From: Myxococcota bacterium
GTDB taxonomy: Bacteria > UBA10199 > JACPAL01 > GCA-016699445
Reading direction: 5' to 3'
Length of the DNA: 34,514 nucleotides
NCBI GenBank assembly: GCA_052033505.1
Contig: JBPOJN010000056.1
Coordinates: 1 to 34,514, forward strand
Below are positions 27,301-34,514 of this stretch, in pieces; positions within the stretch are counted from its first letter, which is position 1, and every line of letters starts with the position of its first letter. A program made the translations under genes and the position numbers. The notes beneath the pieces were generated by a model. It saw only the letters and a list, made by a program, of their open reading frames with translations. It ran no database searches and was not told the origin of the DNA.

Positions 27301-28544
27301 AAACCAACATTGCGATCAACGAAGAGACGATCAACTCGGCCCTGCATTCCGTCGGTACCTTGCTCTGGGATCTCTCGCGGCGTGAAGGGGACGATCATCA
27401 GTTCCTTGACCTGAATCTTAAGAAAATCCGCCAAGATTTTGATCTCGGTATTCCCGACATCGGCTCGAGCCAGTGTAAAGACGAAAACGGCGAAGTCGTC
27501 GCGGAAAATGACTGGAAATGTTTCCCGTTCCCTCTGAACCTGGAAAATATCCTGGGTCCTGACACGCTCAAATACGTCGACTTCGACGGTGATAGCGTTT
27601 CCGGCGGCGATCACGACAAGCTCGCGCCGATAACGATCCGTAATACGCTGAATCCTTTCTATCCTCCCACGGTGAAACTGGTCAGCGTGACTCCGATCCT
27701 GACTTCGAGACTTGGTGATCTAGGTGATGGCAGATCAGATCCTGTCGGCATCAAGACCTATGTTGAATCTTTGATAGCTGAGATCGAGATTGGTTTGGGC
27801 AACACGCAAATGTCGCTCTTCGAAGAGAGAGTCGCGGATTGGAATGCGACACCGATCGTCGGTACGGGCGAAATCAAAGACTGGTGCGACTCCGACCGTT
27901 ATCCCGGCGCGCGTTCCGCGGAATGCGATGCGGGACGGAAACTGCCGATGGTGACGTTCAATGTCTCCGGCAGTGTCTTTGTCACGCTCAAGGCTGGCGT
28001 CATGCAAAAGGGACTATTGAAACTCGAAGGAGGTCTTTCCTCGATCACGCCGGAGGATGGCCCCGTGGCGCTTGACACGTCGAAGACGCACCTCGAATTT
28101 ACCGTTGTGGAAAACAATACGATCGTTCCCGACGCCGAAATCGCGGCGGCCTTCAAGCGTCAGATCGATACGTTGCTACCGAAATACCTTTTCCGCACTG
28201 AGCGCGACATCCGGAAGACAATCCCGCTCAAACTCCCGCTCCAAGACTACTGCGCCGTCTATGGCTCGGTCGATCCCGAGACCTGCGAGTGTGTGCGCGG
28301 CGAGAACGAAGGCGACGATTGCAATCTCGTCGATACCTTAGACGACTTCTGGGAGAGCGCGGACTTGGACGACTTCGGCCTGCTCGGAATCACGATCGAC
28401 AATCCCTTGCTCGGCGTGAATCCCGAAACTCGCGGTGACGCGCGTTACCTGCTGATGGGGACGGGGATCACGTTCAAGCTTCAGGGCGGTTCTAGTTCAA
28501 GTAGCTCCGGATCTTTTCTTGACGCTGTTCAGGGCTGGTTCTGA
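24363..28544 (+). CDS. Giant (about 1393 aa) secreted protein with thrombospondin-type-3-like calcium-binding repeats
   Basis: Sec signal MKTLGSRILAVAITMSVFAPASQALA. RBS AAGGAG 24353-24358. Repeats GDSDGDGICDE, DSDNDGVVDTEDDDADNDGICD, EDENHDGVCD, DLDDDNDGVADAHD. Many paired Cys. The ORF track's 24336 start would overlap the upstream gene. Confidence 0.7.
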   Translation: MKTLGSRILAVAITMSVFAPASQALAALSCPAPNHQPLGTAWCDADPTRYKSDLLCLAEPVEGPASSSIDQDVVGGGVCVLGKFKSSADVTRLADFVISYDFPADPLMGPSGVVIPDLSAVTSTAEFLTNVPLAEEGVYDLSIQALALSDTGSLQQVRFDRRVVRVSVPHLTVTNVRTGGSTADCSTADPTCFGVSAVPGDSDGDGICDEAPAIPGLCTAGPDLVDDNGAAANPHVVRVAQPSSAARSLELCINSHDDEPPAGSSILVRAINTIKDESVAPLREIMVESTCANPGSDICQASSDNFCPGGYKVNVPLGHGENNIELYVNNLVTGYDIGAAQNIQVMPFDMDLKGPDLCVNVLNEAGVVIPNVDGRSLLANDAQSATIDVTLGKCGQTPEEISANSPEPCDPATSPACANSAVCLQANNAQDSEGAPQFVAMCERTVGGQTHYQAKFPELRFPINTALITAGDDAGNRSVETHAFGYGNIRPVFTQGQLDVRKAMVDSGVAGFVKESFVKNEVLPLILKVANSNKFLNQMFFKLLDPHQPGDDEIACLRSIENETNCNYNHFTNRNRTVAIKTFCDGDCTDEIGSIEIPTLTFLDQNRLRLQLKVNGFRGRAEMYTMQFIDSDNDGVVDTEDDDADNDGICDRQIPAIGKCEDENHDGVCDKEISLNGSLGEGLNAASPKCVLDKSVARASCPDIDADDRYFGCQDLDDDNDGVADAHDLPGRLVQDPDFNIHVIPLKFTMKTLTLNLDASFEKTPDGRLHVQITNTPGQPLLKTENDRRFPIEFDCGKDISEIYQGGSAQDVGNGQNWRIWREREACLGLEALNPTADQALFGDKDRKMQSTRKQLQCTVDALARCSIPRRLDATLERFEENKVAPLSVELLNKRFHMDFFAPLGSADVTVDPRGLGFRGKGLLVPAGVSGADDEAERDGKTFVNALPAELKTHQFGPLSQDFDQAAVDPISLAFEMGQETNIAINEETINSALHSVGTLLWDLSRREGDDHQFLDLNLKKIRQDFDLGIPDIGSSQCKDENGEVVAENDWKCFPFPLNLENILGPDTLKYVDFDGDSVSGGDHDKLAPITIRNTLNPFYPPTVKLVSVTPILTSRLGDLGDGRSDPVGIKTYVESLIAEIEIGLGNTQMSLFEERVADWNATPIVGTGEIKDWCDSDRYPGARSAECDAGRKLPMVTFNVSGSVFVTLKAGVMQKGLLKLEGGLSSITPEDGPVALDTSKTHLEFTVVENNTIVPDAEIAAAFKRQIDTLLPKYLFRTERDIRKTIPLKLPLQDYCAVYGSVDPETCECVRGENEGDDCNLVDTLDDFWESADLDDFGLLGITIDNPLLGVNPETRGDARYLLMGTGITFKLQGGSSSSSSGSFLDAVQGWF
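26252..26545 (+). repeat. Cluster of DxDxDG(x)xD(C)D acidic calcium-binding-loop repeats (TSP type 3-like) within the 1402-aa protein
   Basis: tccgacaacgacggcgtggtcgac...gacaacgatggtatttgcgac...gacgatgacaacgacggcgtggcggac. An additional copy lies at about 24961-24999 (GDSDGDGICD). Confidence 0.5.
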
Positions 28545-28688
28545 TTGTTCGTTAATTGTTTTTCACGGACGAGAATCACCGCGCGGAAAATCATAAATTC
28601 TTTGCGCACTGCGGCGTAAGATTTTCGCTTTTCAGAGTGACTTTACTCGCAACGTGGTTCACAAACTGTCGAGTAACAGAACAACATA

Positions 28689-30929
28689 ATGGCATCTCCT
28701 CAACTGACACCTGTTGCTTCATTCAATCCTATTTTGCCGTTTCCTTTTGGCCTTGGAGATCCTCATCGTATCGCAACACGGTTGGTAGCAGGAAACATTG
28801 GCCGTGCTGATTTGGCGCACATCAGGCGGGAGTTGCCGAGTGAGATGCGGGGAAGCCTGCCTCGCCGATCGAGACGCGATTCCCAGGGGGCGCTCGCAAA
28901 GCTGTTGGTATCTGATACGGATCAAGTCGCTCCCGTTATCCTGAAGCATTTTCATCGAAACGCCTCTGCTTTGTGGATCCTCCACGAAGTGCTGCCTATT
29001 CTGCCGGCCATTAAAAGAGATCCCGATCTTTCGTCCCTTCAAATGCTGCGCTTGCTCGTTCGAAGATACGAATCGGACGTGATGGGGATGTTGTCACCCG
29101 AGCATCAGTCGAGCTTCATTCGGTTCATGCAGGGAAGTGATGGGGATTTTTCGAAACTCGCAAAAGTTTTTCCGGAAGAGCTGAAGAGCCGTGATGCTTA
29201 TGTGAATCTTACTTTCCGTTCGATTCTCCGTGTCGTGGCTTTTATCCAGGATTCCCCTGATAAACGGGCTTCAGATGTTATTAAAAATTTCCTACAGGAC
29301 CGCTCTGTTCTAATGATGGCGCGCGAGCTTACTCCCGCTTATCGCAGAGAGCTCGCCGCCTTTCTGGATCCTCCGGTAAGCACGGGCCAAGGGTTGTCGC
29401 GTGAAGAGCAAATGAGGGCCGTCGTTCAGGCGGTCTTTGAAACGGATCCCGACTCCATCGTTCTAAATCCACTTTCTTGGTCTGATATCCAAAAACACCC
29501 GGATCGCTACGCGGAAACGGGCATCAAACGGGTTTCCCTCTTCGATCTCGACGGCACCATCGTGCGCGTCCAGACGACGATCGAAGCTATGATCGAAGGA
29601 CTCCTGCGCCGGGGCGTGACTCTGAATACCGGCGTGGGATGGTGGAAATTGTCGCGGGCCATTTTATCGATCGTCATCATGGTGCTGCAGGAAGTGAAGC
29701 CTAAAGACGGTCATGCGGAAGGCGTGGATCAGGCTCTGTTCGCAAAAAAAATCGGCCCTCTCCTCAAAGGCGCCGACATGAACGCCATCGAAGCGGCCGT
29801 GAGCGAAATTCACAAACTCTACGGCATGCGAAAGCAGGTCGAGTTTGCCGTGAGAAAAATCAAACATGATTTGAAACAGGGTGATTTGGTGATGTTGGTC
29901 AGCGGAGCTCCTGACTTTAGGAGCCGGATGTACGCGGAGGAGCTGGGTATTCCCGTCGGCAACATTCTTTCGACGCGCGTCGGACGGGACAGTGAGGGAA
30001 TCGCTAACGGAGAGATCGATTTTATCAATGGAAAAACGAAAAAGAAGAATGTCGTCGGTTTTTATAATGAGTTGAGCGATTACGGCATTACGATTGATGA
30101 CTTCGTCTTTCATACGGATTCGCCTTCGGACACGTCTACGGCCGAGTGGATCATGGACGAAAGAGGGGGATTCGTTTTCGGCGTAAGACCCAAAACCGAA
30201 AGTTTCGGGAAGTGGATTTTGGCGAAAGGCGGGGCGACCGTCACCGAGCGCGATGGAATCATGCGCGTTACCTTTGGTTCCGTCGGCGGGGCGGCCATGG
30301 AAGCGCCCGTCATTTACCGGGCCCCGAGCCGTCTTCCTGATTTTGTAGAGCATCTCGGTATGGGCGTCTTGAAGGCCGCGAGTTTTGGCGTGGCCGCCGC
30401 CGTCGTCGAAGGAGGATATCAAGCGATCCAAGGACACGGTATTCAGTGGATGCAGTCGGCTTCTTCCGCGGCGGACGCGGCCTTGGCGGCCCTGCCCGTT
30501 ACTTTAGCCGTCCGTTATTTCCTGCCTTCGGATGCGCCTGTTTCGAACAATCGCCGTGTCTTTCTGGGGGGAATGGCCCCTCTGATGGCGATTCAAGCTG
30601 GCCTGCCGGCGACGATCGCTACGATGGGAGCTGCTTTCGTGGGGGCCACCGTCGCTTGTCTCGCCGTGGAACCTCCGGCGAAGGATGCGTCTTTTTCTGT
30701 GCGGTCTTTAGTCCCTTTTCTATCCGCGATGGCGGCCGTCGGATTGGTAGGCTCGATGACGAACGCGGGTGCGATGGAATCCATGGAAACCGCCGTTAGG
30801 GCCTTCGGAGCTTCCCTCGGCGCTGAGTTCGTGACTCAAAGATTTTTTACGCGTCCTCGTGGCGGCCGTTCCGTACCAGCGAGCGGTTTTTTAAGAATCT
30901 TGCAGAATGGACTCTATCAATTGCCCTGA
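28689..30929 (+). CDS. Multidomain protein: unknown N-domain, HAD-IB-type phosphatase-like domain, polytopic membrane C-domain
   Basis: HAD motif I VSLFDLDGTIV (nt 29541-29561). Motif II LVMLVSGAP. Conserved Lys region GKTKKKN. Motif IV FHTDSPSD. C-terminal hydrophobic helices (VFLGGMAPLMAIQAGLPATIATMGAAFVGATVACLAV etc.). Confidence 0.55.
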   Translation: MASPQLTPVASFNPILPFPFGLGDPHRIATRLVAGNIGRADLAHIRRELPSEMRGSLPRRSRRDSQGALAKLLVSDTDQVAPVILKHFHRNASALWILHEVLPILPAIKRDPDLSSLQMLRLLVRRYESDVMGMLSPEHQSSFIRFMQGSDGDFSKLAKVFPEELKSRDAYVNLTFRSILRVVAFIQDSPDKRASDVIKNFLQDRSVLMMARELTPAYRRELAAFLDPPVSTGQGLSREEQMRAVVQAVFETDPDSIVLNPLSWSDIQKHPDRYAETGIKRVSLFDLDGTIVRVQTTIEAMIEGLLRRGVTLNTGVGWWKLSRAILSIVIMVLQEVKPKDGHAEGVDQALFAKKIGPLLKGADMNAIEAAVSEIHKLYGMRKQVEFAVRKIKHDLKQGDLVMLVSGAPDFRSRMYAEELGIPVGNILSTRVGRDSEGIANGEIDFINGKTKKKNVVGFYNELSDYGITIDDFVFHTDSPSDTSTAEWIMDERGGFVFGVRPKTESFGKWILAKGGATVTERDGIMRVTFGSVGGAAMEAPVIYRAPSRLPDFVEHLGMGVLKAASFGVAAAVVEGGYQAIQGHGIQWMQSASSAADAALAALPVTLAVRYFLPSDAPVSNNRRVFLGGMAPLMAIQAGLPATIATMGAAFVGATVACLAVEPPAKDASFSVRSLVPFLSAMAAVGLVGSMTNAGAMESMETAVRAFGASLGAEFVTQRFFTRPRGGRSVPASGFLRILQNGLYQLP

Positions 30930-31022
30930 CTGGTCTGAGATTTCTTCGCTTTCGGGTCTTACGATTATCCCTTGTCTTTTCCCCAACCCTCCAATATTTC
31001 GAGCCTTTTGGAAAATCGGCTC

Positions 31023-32444
31023 ATGCGTTTTGACGTTAAAAAAAATCTGACTTTGCTTCTGACAGTGGTTTTTTTGTCTGCCGCGACGGGCGCTTCGGCG
31101 CAGTTCGGGGGAGGGGGCGAGGACGCCGGCCCCGAGACGAAGCCGAAAAGGGCCTCCGCGGTCCAGAAATCCATCACCTTGTTCGGTCTTAAGATCCACG
31201 CCGTGAAACGGATGAACTTGGATCAATGCCTGCAGGCCGCGATGAGCCAGAATCCCGAGGTGGGCATCGCGGATTACAGCATCGAAGCGGCGCGCGAGAA
31301 GAAGAACGAGGTCAACAAGCTCCTCTATCCCATCGTCGATTACGAATACCAAGTCGGTCCCGTCCCGAAAGACGTTGGCGACGCGGTGCAGAGCTTTTTC
31401 TCGGGTGACATCTCGGTCCTGAACAAATTCAAATTAGGCATCGGCGTCCCGGTTCATACCTTTGGCAAGGTCAAGGTCGGGCAGGCATTGGCCGAATCCG
31501 GGATCCAAGCCGAGCTTCAGAAAAAAGAGCAGAAGAAGGGCGACGTCGCGCTCAAGGTCAAACAGCTCTACTACGGCATCCTGCTCGCCCAAGAGGTCAA
31601 TAAGCTTTTAAGCTCTGCGCGTGACAGTCTCCAAAAACAAATCGATAAACGTGAAGGCGACGACGCGACCGATCCCGCTCAGGTTTTGAAACTGAAGCTC
31701 TTCCGAGGTGAGTTGGATAAACGCCTCGAAGAAGGCGATAAAAAAGAAATGCTGGCGCGCGAAGCGATGCGGATCCAATTGGGGCTCGATCCCGATATTC
31801 GTTTCGACCCCGCCGGGAGCCTGTCGCCGGCCCGTGCGCGTTTCTTAAGCTACGAACAATACCGCCGCGAAGCTTTCAGTCAGCGCCCCGAAGTGAAGCT
31901 CTTGGACATCGGCGTGCAGGCGAAGGAAAATCAAGTGAAGCTCGAAAAGCGTCTCATGGCCCCGAACTTAGCCGTCGGCGCGTTCTTCGAGATCGGCCGC
32001 GCCCCGGGCGTGAGGGGTGTCACGACGACGGACGATTTCAGCGATCCCTTCAACTTCACGCGCGCGGGCATCGGACTTCAGCTCAAAGGCCAGTTGGATT
32101 ATCACGCGAGTACGTCCAAGATCCGCCAGGCCAAGAGTGAGCTCTATAAAATACAGGCCCAGAGGGAACTCGCGCAGGACGGCATGAGTCTCGAGATCAA
32201 GGAAGCCTTCCTCGACGTGCGAAACGCCCGTCTGGACATGCAGCGCTCGGAAGAGATGGGGAAAATATCCCGGCAGCTTCTTTTTTTGACCCAGAGTAAC
32301 TACGACATAGGACTTGCGGAACCCAAGGATTTGGTCGACTCTCTGACTTCGTTCTTGCAGACGAGAGGTCAGTACTTCGAGTCCGTGTTCAATTATAACA
32401 ACGCTCTCGCGAAGCTGGACCAGAAAATCGGCCGTTTGCCTTAA
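31023..32444 (+). CDS. TolC-family outer-membrane efflux/channel protein
   Basis: Signal peptide MRFDVKKNLTLLLTVVFLSAATGASAQ. Two OEP-type repeats (LDQCLQAAMSQNPEVGIADYSIEAAREKK... and LSYEQYRREAFSQRPEVKLLDIGVQAKENQVKLEKR...) and a C-terminal beta/coiled-coil pattern. The track start 30972 is upstream in frame. Confidence 0.75.
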   Translation: MRFDVKKNLTLLLTVVFLSAATGASAQFGGGGEDAGPETKPKRASAVQKSITLFGLKIHAVKRMNLDQCLQAAMSQNPEVGIADYSIEAAREKKNEVNKLLYPIVDYEYQVGPVPKDVGDAVQSFFSGDISVLNKFKLGIGVPVHTFGKVKVGQALAESGIQAELQKKEQKKGDVALKVKQLYYGILLAQEVNKLLSSARDSLQKQIDKREGDDATDPAQVLKLKLFRGELDKRLEEGDKKEMLAREAMRIQLGLDPDIRFDPAGSLSPARARFLSYEQYRREAFSQRPEVKLLDIGVQAKENQVKLEKRLMAPNLAVGAFFEIGRAPGVRGVTTTDDFSDPFNFTRAGIGLQLKGQLDYHASTSKIRQAKSELYKIQAQRELAQDGMSLEIKEAFLDVRNARLDMQRSEEMGKISRQLLFLTQSNYDIGLAEPKDLVDSLTSFLQTRGQYFESVFNYNNALAKLDQKIGRLP

Positions 32445-32480
32445 AAGCGATCCGGCAGCGTTTTTTTAAGAAAGGGAATT

Positions 32481-33359
32481 ATGACCAGCAAAAGTATCCG
32501 TTTCTCCATGCTCTCGGTTCTTTTGGGAGTTTGCACCTTAGGCGCGTTCGCCTGCGGTGAGGACAAAGCCGCTCCTGGTCCCGAAAAGGCCGCCGCTCCT
32601 GTCGCCGCGGCGCCGGCCACCGTGACGCCTCCGCCCGCGGAATCCGCCCCGGCGGCCGTCAAGCCTTTCGTGATTCCCCCGGCGGCCAAGAAACAGGCGA
32701 AATACTTTCCTGAAGGCACCCCCAGCCGCGCGATCCAGGACTTAGACGACATGTTGGATTCCTACGTGATCGATCCTCAGACTCCGGAGCAGAATCAATA
32801 CAATGCCGACCTCAAGAAAAACGTGATCCAAGGCACATTCGACATTCGCGAGCTTTGCCGCCTGGCATTGGCCAAACATTGGGATGAGCGGACGCCGCAG
32901 GAGCAGGATTATTTCGTCGATCTGATGATCCGCCTGCTCGAGAAGAAGGCCATTTTCTCCAAGGAACAGGGCCAGAAGAAGCGCCGTTCGAAGACGGTTT
33001 ATCAGGTCGCCTACGAAGGCCATAAGTTCACGAATCCCGAAAACACCACGTCGCTCGCGATGAGCACGGTGAACGTGCCCTCTGAAGCCTTGAAGATCGA
33101 ATTGAATTATAAATTGAAAAAGATGGGTGATACATCGGCCGGAGGCGGATGGAAGATCTACGACGTCATCGTCGACGGTGCGAGCCTCTTGGATAATTAC
33201 AAATATCAATTCGACAAGATCATCGCCAAAGAAGGTTACGCCAACTTGATCCAGAGGATGGAATCGAAGCTCAAGGACATCCAGGCCAAAGACGTCCAGT
33301 CGAAGGACGCTCCCGGAGCCGCTCCCGCAAACGATGCGACCCCTCCCGCAAATCCGTAA
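32481..33359 (+). CDS. MlaC/Ttg2D-family periplasmic (phospho)lipid-binding protein with Ala/Pro-rich N-terminal linker
   Basis: Signal peptide ending AFA-C. Core ...IRELCRLALAKHWDERTPQEQDYFVDLMIRLLEKKAI...GGGWKIYDVIVDGASLLDNYKYQFDKIIAKEGYANLIQRMESKL matches the MlaC/toluene-tolerance Ttg2D family. Confidence 0.65.
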   Translation: MTSKSIRFSMLSVLLGVCTLGAFACGEDKAAPGPEKAAAPVAAAPATVTPPPAESAPAAVKPFVIPPAAKKQAKYFPEGTPSRAIQDLDDMLDSYVIDPQTPEQNQYNADLKKNVIQGTFDIRELCRLALAKHWDERTPQEQDYFVDLMIRLLEKKAIFSKEQGQKKRRSKTVYQVAYEGHKFTNPENTTSLAMSTVNVPSEALKIELNYKLKKMGDTSAGGGWKIYDVIVDGASLLDNYKYQFDKIIAKEGYANLIQRMESKLKDIQAKDVQSKDAPGAAPANDATPPANP

Positions 33360-34514
33360 GTCTTACGATCATTGTCTCGTCATCTTAGCCGACGGCGCAC
33401 GCGCCGACGTGATGCGGGACTTGGTGCGAAGCGGTAAGCTGCCCGCGATCGGCGATCATCTCGTCTCGCGGGGAGGGCTTAAGGAGGGCGTGACGGCTTT
33501 CCCTTCGACGACCGGACCCGCGTATCTCCCGTATCTGACCGGATGCTATCCCGGCACTTGCAATGTCCCCGGCATCCGTTGGTTCGACAAAGACCACTAC
33601 GCCGAAAAACCTTATTCGAAGGACCGTTTCCGCAGCTACGTGGGCGCCGAGTCTTTTTACATGAACAGCGATCTCAAACCCGAGATCCCGACGCTCTTTG
33701 AGATCGTGCCGCGGTCGGCGAATATCTTCAGCAGCATCCACCGCGGCGCGGACTTGCGCAAAGACAAGACCCGGCTCTCGCGCATTTGGTATTGGTATTA
33801 CGCGCATTTGACTGACCATTGGGGATTGGTGGATGAAGCGGCGACGCGGAAAATCCTCCAGGCTTTCACCGCGTCTTCTTCCGAAAGTCCCGAATTCGTG
33901 TTTGCGGTCTATCCGGCCATCGACGAATTCGCCCATCTCTCGAGCCCTTTCCATGAGCGCACGATCCGGGCGTATGAGGGCTTGGACCGCGGGATCGGCA
34001 AAATCGTCCAAGCCTTGAAGGCGCGCGGGATCTGGGAACGGACGATGATCTGGATCGTCAGCGATCATGGGCTCTCGGAGACGCAGACTCATTTCCCTTT
34101 GAACCAGTTTTTGGAAACTTCCGGCGTAGAGACCCTTTATTATCCTAAAATAGTATTTAAACGGAAATTCGATGCGGCGAGCATGGTGTCCGGCAACGGC
34201 ATGGCGAACGTTTATTTCAAGAACGGCCATGGCTGGGTGGGCCGCACCAGCGACGAGTCGCTTAAGGCGCGCAAAGACCGCCTCTTTGAAAGGTTTTTGG
34301 AGCGTCCCGAAATCGACCTGATGCTTTCGGAATCCGAAGACAAGTCCGTCGTGGTCACGAGTCGTCGCGGAGAGGCCAGGATTTCCGCCGGAAGCGATGG
34401 AAAAAAACTCGTGTACCGGGTGCAGACTTCCGATCCGTTCGGTTACGGAAAATTACCCGAAAACATGACGTTTCGGGAAGCCTTGGAGAAGACGGATGCG
34501 ACGGATTATCCCGA
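33334..34514 (+). CDS. Partial (3'-truncated) alkaline-phosphatase-superfamily type I phosphodiesterase/nucleotide pyrophosphatase-like protein
   Basis: Frame open from ATG 33334 to the window end (MRPLPQIRKSYDHCLVILADGARADVMRDLVRSGKLPAIGDHLVSRGGLKEGVTAFPSTTGPAYLPYLTGCYPGTCNVPGIRWFD...WIVSDHGL...). It matches the PF01663 metal-binding/nucleophile region. Not in the ORF track because it has no stop. The opposite-strand ORF 33385..34230 is rejected. Confidence 0.65.
   Translation, partial: MRPLPQIRKSYDHCLVILADGARADVMRDLVRSGKLPAIGDHLVSRGGLKEGVTAFPSTTGPAYLPYLTGCYPGTCNVPGIRWFDKDHYAEKPYSKDRFRSYVGAESFYMNSDLKPEIPTLFEIVPRSANIFSSIHRGADLRKDKTRLSRIWYWYYAHLTDHWGLVDEAATRKILQAFTASSSESPEFVFAVYPAIDEFAHLSSPFHERTIRAYEGLDRGIGKIVQALKARGIWERTMIWIVSDHGLSETQTHFPLNQFLETSGVETLYYPKIVFKRKFDAASMVSGNGMANVYFKNGHGWVGRTSDESLKARKDRLFERFLERPEIDLMLSESEDKSVVVTSRRGEARISAGSDGKKLVYRVQTSDPFGYGKLPENMTFREALEKTDATDYP

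Noticed and set aside
33385-34230. 281-aa minus-strand ORF listed in the track
   Set aside because: The plus strand at this position is open from 33334 to the window end and encodes a clear alkaline-phosphatase-superfamily phosphodiesterase motif set (LVILADGARAD, PSTTGPAY, SDHGL). The minus ORF is its antisense shadow.

Overview
Bacterial chromosomal segment with heterogeneous GC (by eye about 47-55% in some genes, 62-65% in others). No rRNA, tRNA, CRISPR array, transposase or integrase is recognisable. Two genes truncated by the window edges are missing from the supplied ORF track: 1..309 on the minus strand and 33334..34514 on the plus strand. Left end (1-6.3 kb): a minus-strand glyQS-ppdK-lipoprotein operon with overlapping stop and start codons, then a plus-strand HlyD-like membrane-fusion adaptor coupled to a DUF2233/phosphodiester-glycosidase-like secreted protein. 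6.3-11.9 kb: a lower-GC block of uncharacterised signalling-type genes. It holds a 182-aa hypothetical, two tandem soluble histidine-kinase-like proteins (H-box plus GHKL ATPase motifs, no transmembrane segment, no response regulator in the window) and a 623-aa protein with a C-terminal Rossmann/methyltransferase-like motif. The first two genes share a conserved upstream motif and the third is preceded by perfect palindromes. 11.9-18 kb: a secreted hypothetical, a DUF4442-like hotdog protein, an FAD-binding (PCMH-type) oxidoreductase, SPFH/prohibitin, acetyl-CoA hydrolase/transferase and a tRNA-dihydrouridine synthase whose 5' end looks disrupted. 18-34.5 kb: one long co-directional envelope/surface locus. 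It contains a lipoprotein, a 1322-aa lipoprotein with tandem Cys-rich repeats, a membrane protein apparently split by a frameshift and carrying a G8 tract, a 1402-aa secreted protein with thrombospondin-type-3-like DxDxDG calcium-binding repeats, a HAD-phosphatase-like/polytopic-membrane fusion protein, a TolC-like outer-membrane channel, a MlaC/Ttg2D-like periplasmic protein and a partial alkaline-phosphatase-superfamily phosphodiesterase. The two candidate undescribed systems are the orphan kinase/methyltransferase-like block and the giant surface-protein locus. Product calls rest on motif recognition by eye; no database search was possible.
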